DNA of 64,000 nucleotides from an uncultured candidatus Brocadiaceae bacterium (GTDB lineage: Bacteria; Planctomycetota; UBA1135; UBA2386): positions 3,294-67,293 of the forward strand of contig CAZIFB010000023.1 in assembly GCA_964538915.1 (NCBI GenBank), written 5' to 3'. The notes under the pieces are model-generated. The model had not been told where the DNA came from, searched no databases, and worked only from the letters and a program-made list of their open reading frames with translations. The translations under genes were made by a program, and so were the position numbers. Below, piece after piece: positions 8,227 through 17,417 of this stretch (its first letter is position 1; each line of letters starts with the position of its first letter).

Positions 8227-10251
8227 TCATCGCGCGAGTTCGCGCAGCAGACGATCCGCCGCGTAGACCTTGCGGAGCGACTCGACGATGCCCTTCGGGT
8301 GCACACACACGCTGCGTTCGACGCGTTCGCCGTACAGGAACTCGTTGGCGAGCGACTCGATGTTGCCGTCGAACAGGAGGCCCACCAGCTCGCCGCGTGC
8401 ACTGACGACGGGGCTGCCCGAGTTGCCTCCGGTCGAGTCGACCGTGCACACGAAATCGACCGGCGCCTGCATGTCGATGCGGTCCTTCGCCAGGAGCCAC
8501 TCGCGCGGCAGGTCGAACGGGTGCTGGTGATCGAACTCGGCGGCGCGGGCGAAGAGACCGTGGAAGACCGTGCGCCACGGTGCGCGCGACCCGTTGTACG
8601 GATAGCCGAGCACGCGGCCATCGCTCCACCGAAGCGTGAATGTCGCGTCCGGCGACACGTCGCTCCCGTACACCGCGAACAGGAGCTTCGCGAGATGGGT
8701 GCCCAGAGCGGCTTCGGCCGCGTCGATCGAACCTTGCAGCGCCTGATTCGCCAGATACAGGGATCGCACCGCGCGCCCCGCGACCAGAGCGACGTCGTCG
8801 CTCGACTCGATCGCCGACTTGCCGCCCGCGAGCAGCGAATCGAGGAACGCCGGGTCGGCCAGTCTGCTCTTCGACTGCAACGCAGCCGCGGCATCCTCCG
8901 GACTGCGCCCCCCGAGCAGCGCGGCCAGATACGGGTCGCCCTTCGGCAATGCGCGCGCCGCGCGACGCAGATGATCGACGAAGAAGGCCTCCTGCAGCGG
9001 ATTCGGCGAGCAGTCGACGTCGCGTGCTTTCTTCGCCTGCGCCTCGTCGCCCTTCTCCGCGAACTCGAGGACGATGGACGCGCGGATCAAGAGCGGTGAG
9101 CCGCCGTGCGTCTGGAAGTTGAGCGGGGACTCGAGTTCGCGGCGCTTCTGCATCAGGCTCGCGATCCGTTGCCACAAGGCGAGTTCGCCACCGCGGCCGC
9201 TGTCGGCAAGGCGCGCCTTGAACACCCGCTCGGCTTCGGCCTTGCGCGCCATGAACGCCGGATCCGACAGCGCCGCGTGTTCGCCGCGGTAGAGCTTCTG
9301 CCCGTTCTCCAGGCCGAGGATCGTCGTGCGCACCTTCTTCTCGGACTCTGCATCCCTGCTCGCGAAGGCGCGCAGGATCTCGATGCGCGAATCGATCATC
9401 TCGCGGATCCGCGGATAGCGCGCGTCGCGCTGGTACTCGAGCTGCGCCGTCGTGAGCAGTCGCTGCGTTCCGCCGGGATTGCCGGTCAGGAACACGAGAT
9501 CGCCCTCGGCCGGGCCATCGCCCCACGGGAAGTGGAACGCCTCGGTGTCCGCCGGCTTGCCGTCGACGTACGCGCGGCAGAAGGAGAAGTCGACCGCGTA
9601 ACGCGGATAGACGAAGTTGTCCGTGTCGCCGCCGAAGTGCGACACCTGCAGGTGCGGCGCCATCACGAGCCGTACGTCGTCGAAGATGCGGTACTGGTAG
9701 AGCTGCCACACGCCACCGTGGAACAGCTTCACGATCTGTGGATCGAGACTCGGCTGCTCGCGCCGCGCGTCGGCAAGGATGCGTTCGCGGTTCTTCGTGC
9801 GCACGCGCTCGGCCTCCTCGTCGGCCGTGCCGTCCGCGACGCCCGCGCTGACGGCCGCGGTCACGTCGGACATGCGCACGAGCTGCTGCACGGTGAGACC
9901 TTCGAGCCGCACTTCGTCGCCGAGGTCGCGCGCGACGAATCCGTCGCGAACCCAGTCCGCGGCTCCCTGCGCCTTCGCGACCGCGTCGCGCACGCAGTGG
10001 TGGTTCGTCAGGATCAGACCCTGCGGTGAAACGAACGATGCGGAGCAGCCGCGACCGAAGCGGAGCGACGCGAGGCGCATTCGGGTCCACCACGCCTCGT
10101 CCGCGACGAAGCCGTACTCGCGCTTCAGGTAGTCGAGTGGCGGTCGCTCGAACGTCCACATTCGGCCGAGGCCGAGTTCGTCCTGAGCGAGCGCGGATAC
10201 GGAGATGCCGAGCGCGGCGACGAAAGCCGCGCAGAATCGAGACGAGGGCAT
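8227..10251 (-). CDS. S46-family dipeptidyl-peptidase (DPP7/DPP11-like serine peptidase)
   Basis: Signal peptide MPSSRFCAAFVAALGISVSALAQD. S46 hallmarks CSASFVSPQGLILTNHHC (His region) and GGNSGSPVVSARGELVGLLFDGN (catalytic Ser region). Confidence 0.9.
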   Translation of the reverse strand: MPSSRFCAAFVAALGISVSALAQDELGLGRMWTFERPPLDYLKREYGFVADEAWWTRMRLASLRFGRGCSASFVSPQGLILTNHHCVRDAVAKAQGAADWVRDGFVARDLGDEVRLEGLTVQQLVRMSDVTAAVSAGVADGTADEEAERVRTKNRERILADARREQPSLDPQIVKLFHGGVWQLYQYRIFDDVRLVMAPHLQVSHFGGDTDNFVYPRYAVDFSFCRAYVDGKPADTEAFHFPWGDGPAEGDLVFLTGNPGGTQRLLTTAQLEYQRDARYPRIREMIDSRIEILRAFASRDAESEKKVRTTILGLENGQKLYRGEHAALSDPAFMARKAEAERVFKARLADSGRGGELALWQRIASLMQKRRELESPLNFQTHGGSPLLIRASIVLEFAEKGDEAQAKKARDVDCSPNPLQEAFFVDHLRRAARALPKGDPYLAALLGGRSPEDAAAALQSKSRLADPAFLDSLLAGGKSAIESSDDVALVAGRAVRSLYLANQALQGSIDAAEAALGTHLAKLLFAVYGSDVSPDATFTLRWSDGRVLGYPYNGSRAPWRTVFHGLFARAAEFDHQHPFDLPREWLLAKDRIDMQAPVDFVCTVDSTGGNSGSPVVSARGELVGLLFDGNIESLANEFLYGERVERSVCVHPKGIVESLRKVYAADRLLRELAR

Positions 10252-10260
10252 GGCGTTTCC

Positions 10261-11403
10261 TTACCGCACGGTGGCGGGTTCTGCACCGGACTTCGCGGCC
10301 GCGTGCCACTTCGCGAGCAGCGACGCTTCCCGCTCCGCCGGGAGCCCGGTGCGCCCGAAGGGCCTGGCGCCGCGCTCGCCCTTCGCCCATTGCAGCGTGT
10401 CCCGCACGGTGTCGCCGACGGGGCGGAAGCGCAGGCCGGCCGCGATCGCCTTCGTGTTGTCGACGACCGTGCGCGCCCCGCGCGGGATCCACAGCGGCAT
10501 CTGCATCCACGGGCGCACGTCGTTCTCGGCGAGGAACTCCTCGTCGGCCCAGGTCAGAGTGACCGCGCTGGATGTCGCGCACTTGCAGGCCGAGAGCACA
10601 TCCCCCATCGACACGCGCCCGGCGAAGCCGTTGACGTTGTGCACGCCGGTGACGTTCCGCTCGATGCAGTGCAACATGAACTCGGCGAGGTCGCGCACGT
10701 CGACGAACTGCACTTGCCCGTCCGGATCGCCCGGTGCGAGCACTTCACCGCCCTTGTCGATGCGCACGGGCCACCACGTGAATCGATCGCTCGTGTCGCC
10801 GGGGCCGACGATGAGTCCGGGACGCAACGTCGACACCTTGCCAGGCATCGCCGCCTCGGCCGCCGCCTCGCAGCGCGCCTTCAGCGGCCCGTAGAACGGC
10901 ATTGCCTGCGCGATCGCGTTGACGCCCTCGACCTTTCCGTCCTCGACCTCCGCGACGGGCGTCGCCTCGTCGATCGTGTCGGGGCGCTGGCCGAAGCTTC
11001 CGTAGACGGAGATCGTGCTGATGAACTGATAGTGCTCGCACGAACCGGCGAAGAGCTTCGCCGTCGCTTCGACGTGCGCCGGCACATAGCCCGACGTGTC
11101 GACCACCGCGTCGAACGTGCGTCCCTCCAGCGAAGCGAGATCCCCGGTGTCGCGGTCGCCCCGCAGGTGCTCGAGGTCGGGGAACAGCCCGGGGTTGGTC
11201 TTGCCGCGATGGAACAGGGTCACTTTGTGCCCGTTCGCCAGCGCCGCGCGAACGAAGTGCGGCCCGAGGAAGCCGGTGCCGCCGAGCACGAGGATCTTCT
11301 TCGCGCGGGCGGGGTGCCGCGCCACGGCCCCGCGCGCCAGCGGTGCGAGCGCACCGGCGGCAGCCATCGACGACAGGAACGAGCGGCGCGTAGGTCCGAG
11401 CAT
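10261..11403 (-). CDS. Tat-signal NAD(P)-binding epimerase/dehydratase-family (extended SDR) protein
   Basis: Tat-like RRSFLSSMAAAGALAPLARG. Rossmann motif KKILVLGGTGFLGPHFV. Ends 9 bp upstream of the S46 peptidase start, same strand. Confidence 0.8.
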   Translation of the reverse strand: MLGPTRRSFLSSMAAAGALAPLARGAVARHPARAKKILVLGGTGFLGPHFVRAALANGHKVTLFHRGKTNPGLFPDLEHLRGDRDTGDLASLEGRTFDAVVDTSGYVPAHVEATAKLFAGSCEHYQFISTISVYGSFGQRPDTIDEATPVAEVEDGKVEGVNAIAQAMPFYGPLKARCEAAAEAAMPGKVSTLRPGLIVGPGDTSDRFTWWPVRIDKGGEVLAPGDPDGQVQFVDVRDLAEFMLHCIERNVTGVHNVNGFAGRVSMGDVLSACKCATSSAVTLTWADEEFLAENDVRPWMQMPLWIPRGARTVVDNTKAIAAGLRFRPVGDTVRDTLQWAKGERGARPFGRTGLPAEREASLLAKWHAAAKSGAEPATVR

Positions 11404-11569
11404 GGGCCCCTTCTACGGAGCTCGCCGGGCGCGCGTTGGCGGCATCTGCCCCGCGAGGGATGCGCCGCGCCAAGGCCCGGGCGCCGAGGGATCCATGGCA
11501 TCGGTTACCGGCGCCAAGGACGCTGGCTACCATGCGCCGGTCGCCGCAGATGCCCTTCCAGGAGACCCC

Positions 11570-12757
11570 ATGCTCACTCGTTCGCGCGTTGCGTCCGTCG
11601 GCACTTCGTTCCTTCTCCTCACCGCCGCCGCCGCGGCCCAGTCCGTCATCGTCGTCGACGGTCTGAATCGCCCCGGCACCCACTTCCTCGACCTGCCCGC
11701 CGCCGAGGCGGCCGCGGTCAATGGCGACACCATCCTGCTGCGTACCGACGGTGGCAGCTACCACGGAGTCACGACGAGCAAGGCGTTGACGATCACCGGC
11801 GGCGCTTCTGCCTACGCGACGATCATCGGCCCCGCGCCGTGCTTCACGATCAGCGGCCTCGCAGCCGGTGCCGATTTCGTGTTGCAGAACATCGAGGTGC
11901 TCTCGTCGGGTGCGGCCGGCCCGGCGATCAGCGTGCAGGCGTGCCTCGGGCGGGTGCACCTCGTGCACGTGGATGCATACAACTACTCCGGGCCGCCCGG
12001 CCTCGACATCTCACTGTGCAGCGCCGTCACGGTGCGCGACGGGACGTTCCTCGGCCGGCCCGGCCTGCGCGCGCAGAACACCACCCTGGCTGCCAGCGGC
12101 GCTCGCTTCTACGGGCAGCCTGGCGCTTCGGCGACGATCCTGCCGAGCGCCGGCGCCAGGCTCGTCGACTGCACCGCGTGGTTCTCGGACGTGCAGGCGT
12201 TCGGCGGCAACGGGTGGCACACCGACGCTCCGGGTTCCGGGCTCGAACTGACGAACACCACGCTGTCGATGACCGGTGCGTCGAACGCTTCGCGCGCGAT
12301 GAGTGGCTATCTCGGCACCCAGGCGACGCCGGGATTCACCGCAGCCGTCCCGGCCATCGTGGGACAGAACAGCCTGTTGCGCATCGACCCGGACGTCGTG
12401 CTCGGCACGATCGGAGGTGCTTCACCGATCGTCGGCGCCACGGCCACCACCGCGACCATTCCGTCGTTCTCGCTCTACGGCGTGTGGAACCTCTTCACGA
12501 TGACGGACCCGGGCACGTCCACCGCGGTGATGACGGTCGTCGGTTTCCCGGCGAACCCGCTGTCCCTGCCCGGCGTCGAAGGCCGCCTGTGGCTCGACCC
12601 CGCCGGGATGTTCGCGGTGGCCGGCGTACTCGGCGGCTACACGGGCTTCAACGAGACCATGCTCCCGCTCGGCTTCACGTTCACGATCCAGTTCGCGGCG
12701 CTGCAGGGCGCAACACTCGAACTGTCGCCGCCCGCGATCGCACGCCGCCGGGAGTGA
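11570..12757 (+). CDS. secreted hypothetical protein, possibly parallel beta-helix
   Basis: Start moved to ATG 11570 (GGAGAC just upstream) inside track ORF 11096..12757. Signal peptide MLTRSRVASVGTSFLLLTAAAAAQS. Gly/Thr/Ala-rich strands (ITGGASAYATIIG, FVLQNIEV). No family recognised. The C-terminal ~85 aa is shared with two other secreted proteins in this window. Confidence 0.65.
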   Translation: MLTRSRVASVGTSFLLLTAAAAAQSVIVVDGLNRPGTHFLDLPAAEAAAVNGDTILLRTDGGSYHGVTTSKALTITGGASAYATIIGPAPCFTISGLAAGADFVLQNIEVLSSGAAGPAISVQACLGRVHLVHVDAYNYSGPPGLDISLCSAVTVRDGTFLGRPGLRAQNTTLAASGARFYGQPGASATILPSAGARLVDCTAWFSDVQAFGGNGWHTDAPGSGLELTNTTLSMTGASNASRAMSGYLGTQATPGFTAAVPAIVGQNSLLRIDPDVVLGTIGGASPIVGATATTATIPSFSLYGVWNLFTMTDPGTSTAVMTVVGFPANPLSLPGVEGRLWLDPAGMFAVAGVLGGYTGFNETMLPLGFTFTIQFAALQGATLELSPPAIARRRE

Positions 12758-12817
12758 TTGCGAACGGCAGGAGCGAGGTTGCCGGCGCCGGGCGGCGCCG
12801 CTCCGGACCGGCAGGGG

Positions 12818-13891
12818 TCACCGGGGCTTCTTGAGGCGCTCCGACAGCACCTCGAGGACCGAGTTGGCGCCCATGTATTCGTTCCCGACGTAGCTGTCGG
12901 CGATCAGGGCGCCCGTTGCGTCCAGCATGACGAGGTCCGGGATGCCCCGCGAGTCGTGCGCCTGCGCGATCGGGATGGAGGAGAGTTTGTCCCACGCCAC
13001 TGCGAGCCACGGGAAGTTGTGCTCCTTCGTGTACTGCTGCATCTCGCGCTCGGTGCGGTCGCGGCTGATCCAGATGATCTCGAACCGCTTGCCCGCGTCC
13101 TTCTTGTTGGCCTCGTAGAAGCGCACCAGTTCGGGTGAGAACGCCTGACACGGACCACACCACGAGGCCGAGAAGTAGAGCACGACGAACTCGGGCGGAC
13201 TCTTGGGATTGACGCGAGCCTTCTTGCCGGTGCGAAGGTTGAACAGCTTGCCGTCCAACTCGTTCAACACGCGGTGCCCAGCAGGAGGCCGCTTCGTCTC
13301 CAGCACCGCCCGCACGCGTGCCACGAGGTCCGTCTCGTGCACGCCGACCCGGGGCATGTAGTCGAAATCGGGGTGGCGAGCGCACACCCACTTGCCGTCG
13401 AACGTGCCGAAGGTGAGCTCGCTGCCGGCGCGGAACTCCTTCTGGTCGGCGCCCTCGCCGGCCGTGATGGTCGATCGCAGGATCACCTTCGCCGGCCAGA
13501 GATCCGCCCGCGCGACGATCGTCTTGATGTCCAGGGCGCGCTGCACGGGGGACATGCTCGCGAATTCACTGTTTGCCACGGCCAGCACGTCGGTGTCCGC
13601 CCGGGGAATGGTCCCCGAGTTGCCGCTCGGCAGGCCGATCACGGCCTGTTCTCCCTGCAATCCGAGCACGGGATAGGTCGCTTCCAACGACAAGGTGTCG
13701 TGCGCATAGCCGTAGGCTTTCGTCACCTTGCATTGCGCGGGCCACAGCTCGGGGCGTTCGAGGAGCTGTGCCCATGTCATGGGCTGCGGCACTTCGGCTG
13801 ACGGTGGCGGATTCGCGGGTGCCGGAGCCTGAGCGACGATCGCGGACGATGCCAACAACGCGACGAGCGGGACGGTGATGCCTTGGTTCAT
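12818..13891 (-). CDS. secreted thioredoxin-fold (TlpA/nucleoredoxin-like) protein with unassigned N-terminal domain
   Basis: Start moved to ATG 13891 (MNQGITVPLVALLASSAIVAQA) inside track ORF 12818..14425. Contains VVLYFSASWCGPCQAF (CGPC redox motif). Confidence 0.8.
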   Translation of the reverse strand: MNQGITVPLVALLASSAIVAQAPAPANPPPSAEVPQPMTWAQLLERPELWPAQCKVTKAYGYAHDTLSLEATYPVLGLQGEQAVIGLPSGNSGTIPRADTDVLAVANSEFASMSPVQRALDIKTIVARADLWPAKVILRSTITAGEGADQKEFRAGSELTFGTFDGKWVCARHPDFDYMPRVGVHETDLVARVRAVLETKRPPAGHRVLNELDGKLFNLRTGKKARVNPKSPPEFVVLYFSASWCGPCQAFSPELVRFYEANKKDAGKRFEIIWISRDRTEREMQQYTKEHNFPWLAVAWDKLSSIPIAQAHDSRGIPDLVMLDATGALIADSYVGNEYMGANSVLEVLSERLKKPR

Positions 13892-13998
13892 GGGTGCTTC
13901 CCCGCGCCGAGCATAACAACTCACTTGGGCGCGCCAACGCGTTGCGTGACTCGAGAAAAGCCGCCTGACTTCCCGAAAGGAGCGCCGGACAAGCCCGA

Positions 13999-15432
13999 TC
14001 AGTTGTTCGTGTAGACGTCGATGGCGTTCGACATCGCGAAACCGAGCGCATTCGCCGCGGGGTCGTACGCGGCAGCCTGCACGCTGCAAGCCGTGCCGAC
14101 CAGCGCCGGCGACACCGGCATAGTGAACGACTGCGTCGCAACGCCGTTCGCGTCCGCGAGGAGCAGTAGAAGCGAGTCGGGACTGGCAAGAAGACGGTTG
14201 CCCGGCGCTCCGAGCGGACCCAGGTCGACGTCCACGTTGGCGCCGATCAAGAACAGAGAGAGGCCGTTCGCCAGCTGGCCACGCACGTCGAAGAAGACGC
14301 TCTTCCCGGTCGCACAGCTGCCACGCGTGGTCACGCGCGGCTTGTTGCCGATGCTCGTGGTACCCGAGCCGCCACGGCGCACCAGGCGGCTCGCAACCGG
14401 CAGCGTCGGGTCGTTCCAGTGGCAACGCACCTGCTGTCCCGAGAGTCCCGTGATCCCGTCCTGCCGCCCGTCGCCATCGACGTCACCGAACGGACGCGGC
14501 GCGATCGACGTCGAGCCGAGGAAGGTCAACGTGGCGCCGCTCACGATGTCGCGGACGGGCGAGGTCAGCACGGAGAAGTCGTCGTGACCGTCCCCGTCGA
14601 AGTCTCCCATCGGAATCACGTCGACCAGGCTGGACGACGAGTCCTGCGGGATCGATCCGAGGACCGGACCGGTACCACCATCCCGCACTTCGGAAACGCC
14701 CAGCACGACGTTGCGGACGATGAAGTCTGCGCTGCCGTTGTTGTTGACGTCGCCGATCAGCCGCGGCCGGAAACCGTTCTCCGAGCCCATCGTGGACGTC
14801 GTGAACGTGGGCCCGAGCACGTTGCGGAGTATGCCGCTGAAGACGTCCACGGTGGAATAGTCCGCGTATCCGTCGCCGTTCAGATCGCCGACGAAGCCTC
14901 GCATGTTGAAGCCGAACAAGATCGGGATCGAGTGGAGGATGCCCCCGGTCCGGCCGGAGCGGACTTCAAAGCGATCCCCGGCGCGAATCAGCGTGTCGTC
15001 ATGGCCGTCCGCGTCGAGGTCTCCACCGCCGTACGACTCGACGAACCCGCCGAAGGTGCTGGAGTACGCCGACCACGTGTGCAGCGTCGAACCGTCGGCG
15101 CCGGACACGACCGTCGCGACGATGCCCGGCTGCCGCCACACCAGATCGTCGCGACCGTCCGCGTTCACGTCCCCCGCAGGAAAGTAGCCGTTCACCGAGT
15201 CCGTCCACGGCCGCGTGAGATGCGCGATCGTCGTGCCAGCGAGGTCGCGGCAGACGACAACATCCGCCCCGACGACTCCCGAGTAGTCCGCGTTCCCGTC
15301 GCCATCCACGTCCCCGACGCACACCGGAGCGGGAACGGGGTACGGCGCGCCGATCATCACGGACTGTGCGACGGTGGACACCGCGAAGAAGGACGAAGCG
15401 GTCACCAACGCGAGTGGAGAGAGAGTCGGCAC
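13999..15432 (-). CDS. secreted FG-GAP/VCBS repeat protein
   Basis: GTG start at 15432 and a signal peptide. Repeated Ca-binding loops GDVDGDGNADY, GDVNADGRDDL, GDLDADGHDD, GDLNGDGYADY, GDVNNNGSADF, GDFDGDGHDDF, GDVDGDGRQD. C-terminal ~85-aa shared module. Confidence 0.85.
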   Translation of the reverse strand: MPTLSPLALVTASSFFAVSTVAQSVMIGAPYPVPAPVCVGDVDGDGNADYSGVVGADVVVCRDLAGTTIAHLTRPWTDSVNGYFPAGDVNADGRDDLVWRQPGIVATVVSGADGSTLHTWSAYSSTFGGFVESYGGGDLDADGHDDTLIRAGDRFEVRSGRTGGILHSIPILFGFNMRGFVGDLNGDGYADYSTVDVFSGILRNVLGPTFTTSTMGSENGFRPRLIGDVNNNGSADFIVRNVVLGVSEVRDGGTGPVLGSIPQDSSSSLVDVIPMGDFDGDGHDDFSVLTSPVRDIVSGATLTFLGSTSIAPRPFGDVDGDGRQDGITGLSGQQVRCHWNDPTLPVASRLVRRGGSGTTSIGNKPRVTTRGSCATGKSVFFDVRGQLANGLSLFLIGANVDVDLGPLGAPGNRLLASPDSLLLLLADANGVATQSFTMPVSPALVGTACSVQAAAYDPAANALGFAMSNAIDVYTNN

Positions 15433-15676
15433 GAGAGTTCCTTTGGCAAGGTCGAGAGACGCCGCATGCTACCGCGCCGCGACGAGCGTCGGGGCTTCGA
15501 GGTCGCGCCGCGGGGCTTCCGTGGTGCCGCGCTTCACGCGCTTGCGCCGGCAGCAAAGAGCGCCGCCCAGGAAGGACGGCCATGACCGTTCGAGCCCTTC
15601 CCGAGTAACTGGGCAACGGCTATAGCGCCGGCCTGCGATCGCCCTGCAATTCGCGAGAACACTCGTCCGCCCGGCG

Positions 15677-15890
15677 TGGAGTTGCCGCTTGCGAGGGTGC
15701 GGCGAAGCCGCGCGCGAGCAATGACCGACTCCCCGGGCTACCTGGCCGGCGCGCTCCGTGCGATACGCCTGGTACGCCCGGCATGGAGTTGCCGCTTGCG
15801 AGGGTGCGGCGAAGCCGCGCGCGAGCAACGCCCGACTCCCCGGGCTACCTGGCCGGCGCGCTCCGCGCGCCGCGCCTGGTACGCCCGGCA
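15677..15890. repeat. 2 x 107-bp head-to-tail direct repeat; each unit ends with the last 14 nt of tRNA-Arg
   Basis: Unit 1 is 15677-15783 and unit 2 is 15784-15890, with 101/107 identical by hand alignment. Both end in cctggtacgcccggca. Unit 2 runs into the genuine tRNA. A degenerate third copy of the tRNA 3' end lies at 15661-15676. Confidence 0.85.
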
Positions 15891-15953
15891 GGAGTCGAAC
15901 CTGCAACCCTCAGATCCGAAGTCTGATGCTCTATCCAATTGAGCTACGGGCGC
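15877..15953 (-). tRNA. tRNA-Arg (anticodon UCG), CCA encoded
   Basis: Minus strand folds by hand as GCGCCCG TA GCTC AATTGGATA GAGC A TCAGA CTTCGGA TCTGA GGGTT GCAGG TTCGACT CCTGC CGGGCGT A CCA. All four stems pair (G1-U72 wobble). T33, anticodon TCG, G37. 77 nt. Confidence 0.9.
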
Positions 15954-15999
15954 GCGGCGAACGACGATAGCCACTGCACGCCGCGGCGCCAGCGCGCGA

Positions 16000-17340
16000 T
16001 CAGCGCAGGTCCAGGGCGCCATTGCTGTCCGCGAAGGACTTGTCCTGACCGCCCATCGCGCGCGCCATCGAGACGTAGAGGTTCGCCATCGGCGTGCCCT
16101 TCGGCACGGTGACGTGACCGCGCCCCTTCGCCGCTCCACCGCCCTCGCCGAGCAGCAGCACCGGCAGGTCGTCGTGGTTGTGGCGATCGCCGTCGCCGAT
16201 GCCCGAGCCGAACACGACGAGCGTCTGCGACAGGAGATCGCCGTTCGGCGTCTTCGCCGCTTCGAGGCGCGCGGCGAACGTCGCGAGCTGCTCGACCTGG
16301 AAGCGGTTGATCTTCGCGAGCGCAGCGAGCTTCTCCGGCTTCTTGCCGTGGTGGCTCACGTCGTGGTGGCCGTCGGGTACGCCGAGGAAATCGTAGCTGC
16401 GGTTGCTGCCGGCGTTGCCGAGCATCAGCGTGACGACGCGCGTTCGTTCGGTCGCGAGCGCCATCGCGATGAGTTCGTACATGACCTCGAGCTTGCCGCG
16501 GTATCCCTTGTCCGACGCCGACAACCCCGCGGGAACGGATGCGCGCTCCTTGCCACCGTCGTCGGTGCGCTCGAGCCGTTGCTCGAGCTCACGCACGGCC
16601 TGGAGATACTGCTCGAGCTTCTGCCGGTCGGTCGGCGCGAGGCGCGCCCCGAGCGACTTCGCCTCGGCGAGCACGCTGTCCAGCACGGAGCGGTCCACGT
16701 CGCGGCGTTGCTTCTCCGTCGCCGCGTCGATCGCCTTCTTTGGATCGCCGAACAACCGCGCGAACACCGCCTTCGGATCGGTCTCCTTGGCAACCGGCGT
16801 CTCCGGCGTACGCCACGCGATGTTGTTGCCGTAGGCGCAGGAGTAACCCGAGTCGCACACACCCGCGCGCGCTCCGCGCTCCAGGCCCAGTTCGAGCGAA
16901 GGGAACGGCATGTTGCCGCCGACGCGCGCCGCGATCACCTGGTCGATCGACACGCCGACGCGGATGTCGGCACCACCGGTCTTGAACGGGTGCGCACACG
17001 TGAGGAACGAAGCCGCTGCGCGAGCGTGGTCGCCGGGCCCGTCGCCGTGCGCGAAGCCGGCATCGATCGCCAGCCCGGACCACACCGTGACGCGGTCGCG
17101 CAACGGAGCGAGCGGCGCCAGCGTCGCACCGAACTTCGCCGCGCGCCCTGTCCCGTCGGGCCGCCACTCGGCCATGTTCATGCCGTTCGGCGAGAACACG
17201 AAGACGCAGCGCGGCATCGCGGGCGGCGGCTGCCGCGTGAGCGCCGGCGTCATGGCATCGAGCCAGGGCAGCGCGATGCAGGCCCCGCTGCCGCGCAGGA
17301 ACGCGCGGCGGTCGAGGGCGAGGCGGCGGATCGGCGGCAT
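16000..17340 (-). CDS. DUF1552 domain protein (Tat signal)
   Basis: Start moved to ATG 17340 inside track ORF 16000..18033. Tat signal MPPIRRLALDRRAFLRGSGACIALPWL, then FVFSPNGM, GDHARAAASFLT and DVSHHGKKPE, typical of DUF1552. Confidence 0.85.
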   Translation of the reverse strand: MPPIRRLALDRRAFLRGSGACIALPWLDAMTPALTRQPPPAMPRCVFVFSPNGMNMAEWRPDGTGRAAKFGATLAPLAPLRDRVTVWSGLAIDAGFAHGDGPGDHARAAASFLTCAHPFKTGGADIRVGVSIDQVIAARVGGNMPFPSLELGLERGARAGVCDSGYSCAYGNNIAWRTPETPVAKETDPKAVFARLFGDPKKAIDAATEKQRRDVDRSVLDSVLAEAKSLGARLAPTDRQKLEQYLQAVRELEQRLERTDDGGKERASVPAGLSASDKGYRGKLEVMYELIAMALATERTRVVTLMLGNAGSNRSYDFLGVPDGHHDVSHHGKKPEKLAALAKINRFQVEQLATFAARLEAAKTPNGDLLSQTLVVFGSGIGDGDRHNHDDLPVLLLGEGGGAAKGRGHVTVPKGTPMANLYVSMARAMGGQDKSFADSNGALDLR

Positions 17341-17417
17341 GGTCCGGCGATCATGCCCGATCGGCCGCGGCGAGCGAATCCCCACGGCCCGCGACGCTCG
17401 GCCCGACCCTCGGCCTC

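Noticed and set aside
5604-8894. 1096-aa ORF suggesting a giant amidohydrolase fusion
   Set aside because: Only the last 405 aa (from MMFSSLLVL at 6821) look like protein. The upstream 690 aa are Arg/Pro-rich and overlap the genuine amidohydrolase (6818-8131) and S46 peptidase genes in other frames.
15677-15890. The tandem repeat as a CRISPR array or as a currently integrated mobile element
   Set aside because: There are only two 107-bp units with no spacer/repeat alternation and no cas genes. No integrase, excisionase or cargo lies between the duplicated tRNA ends. I therefore report it only as a repeat or att-like scar.
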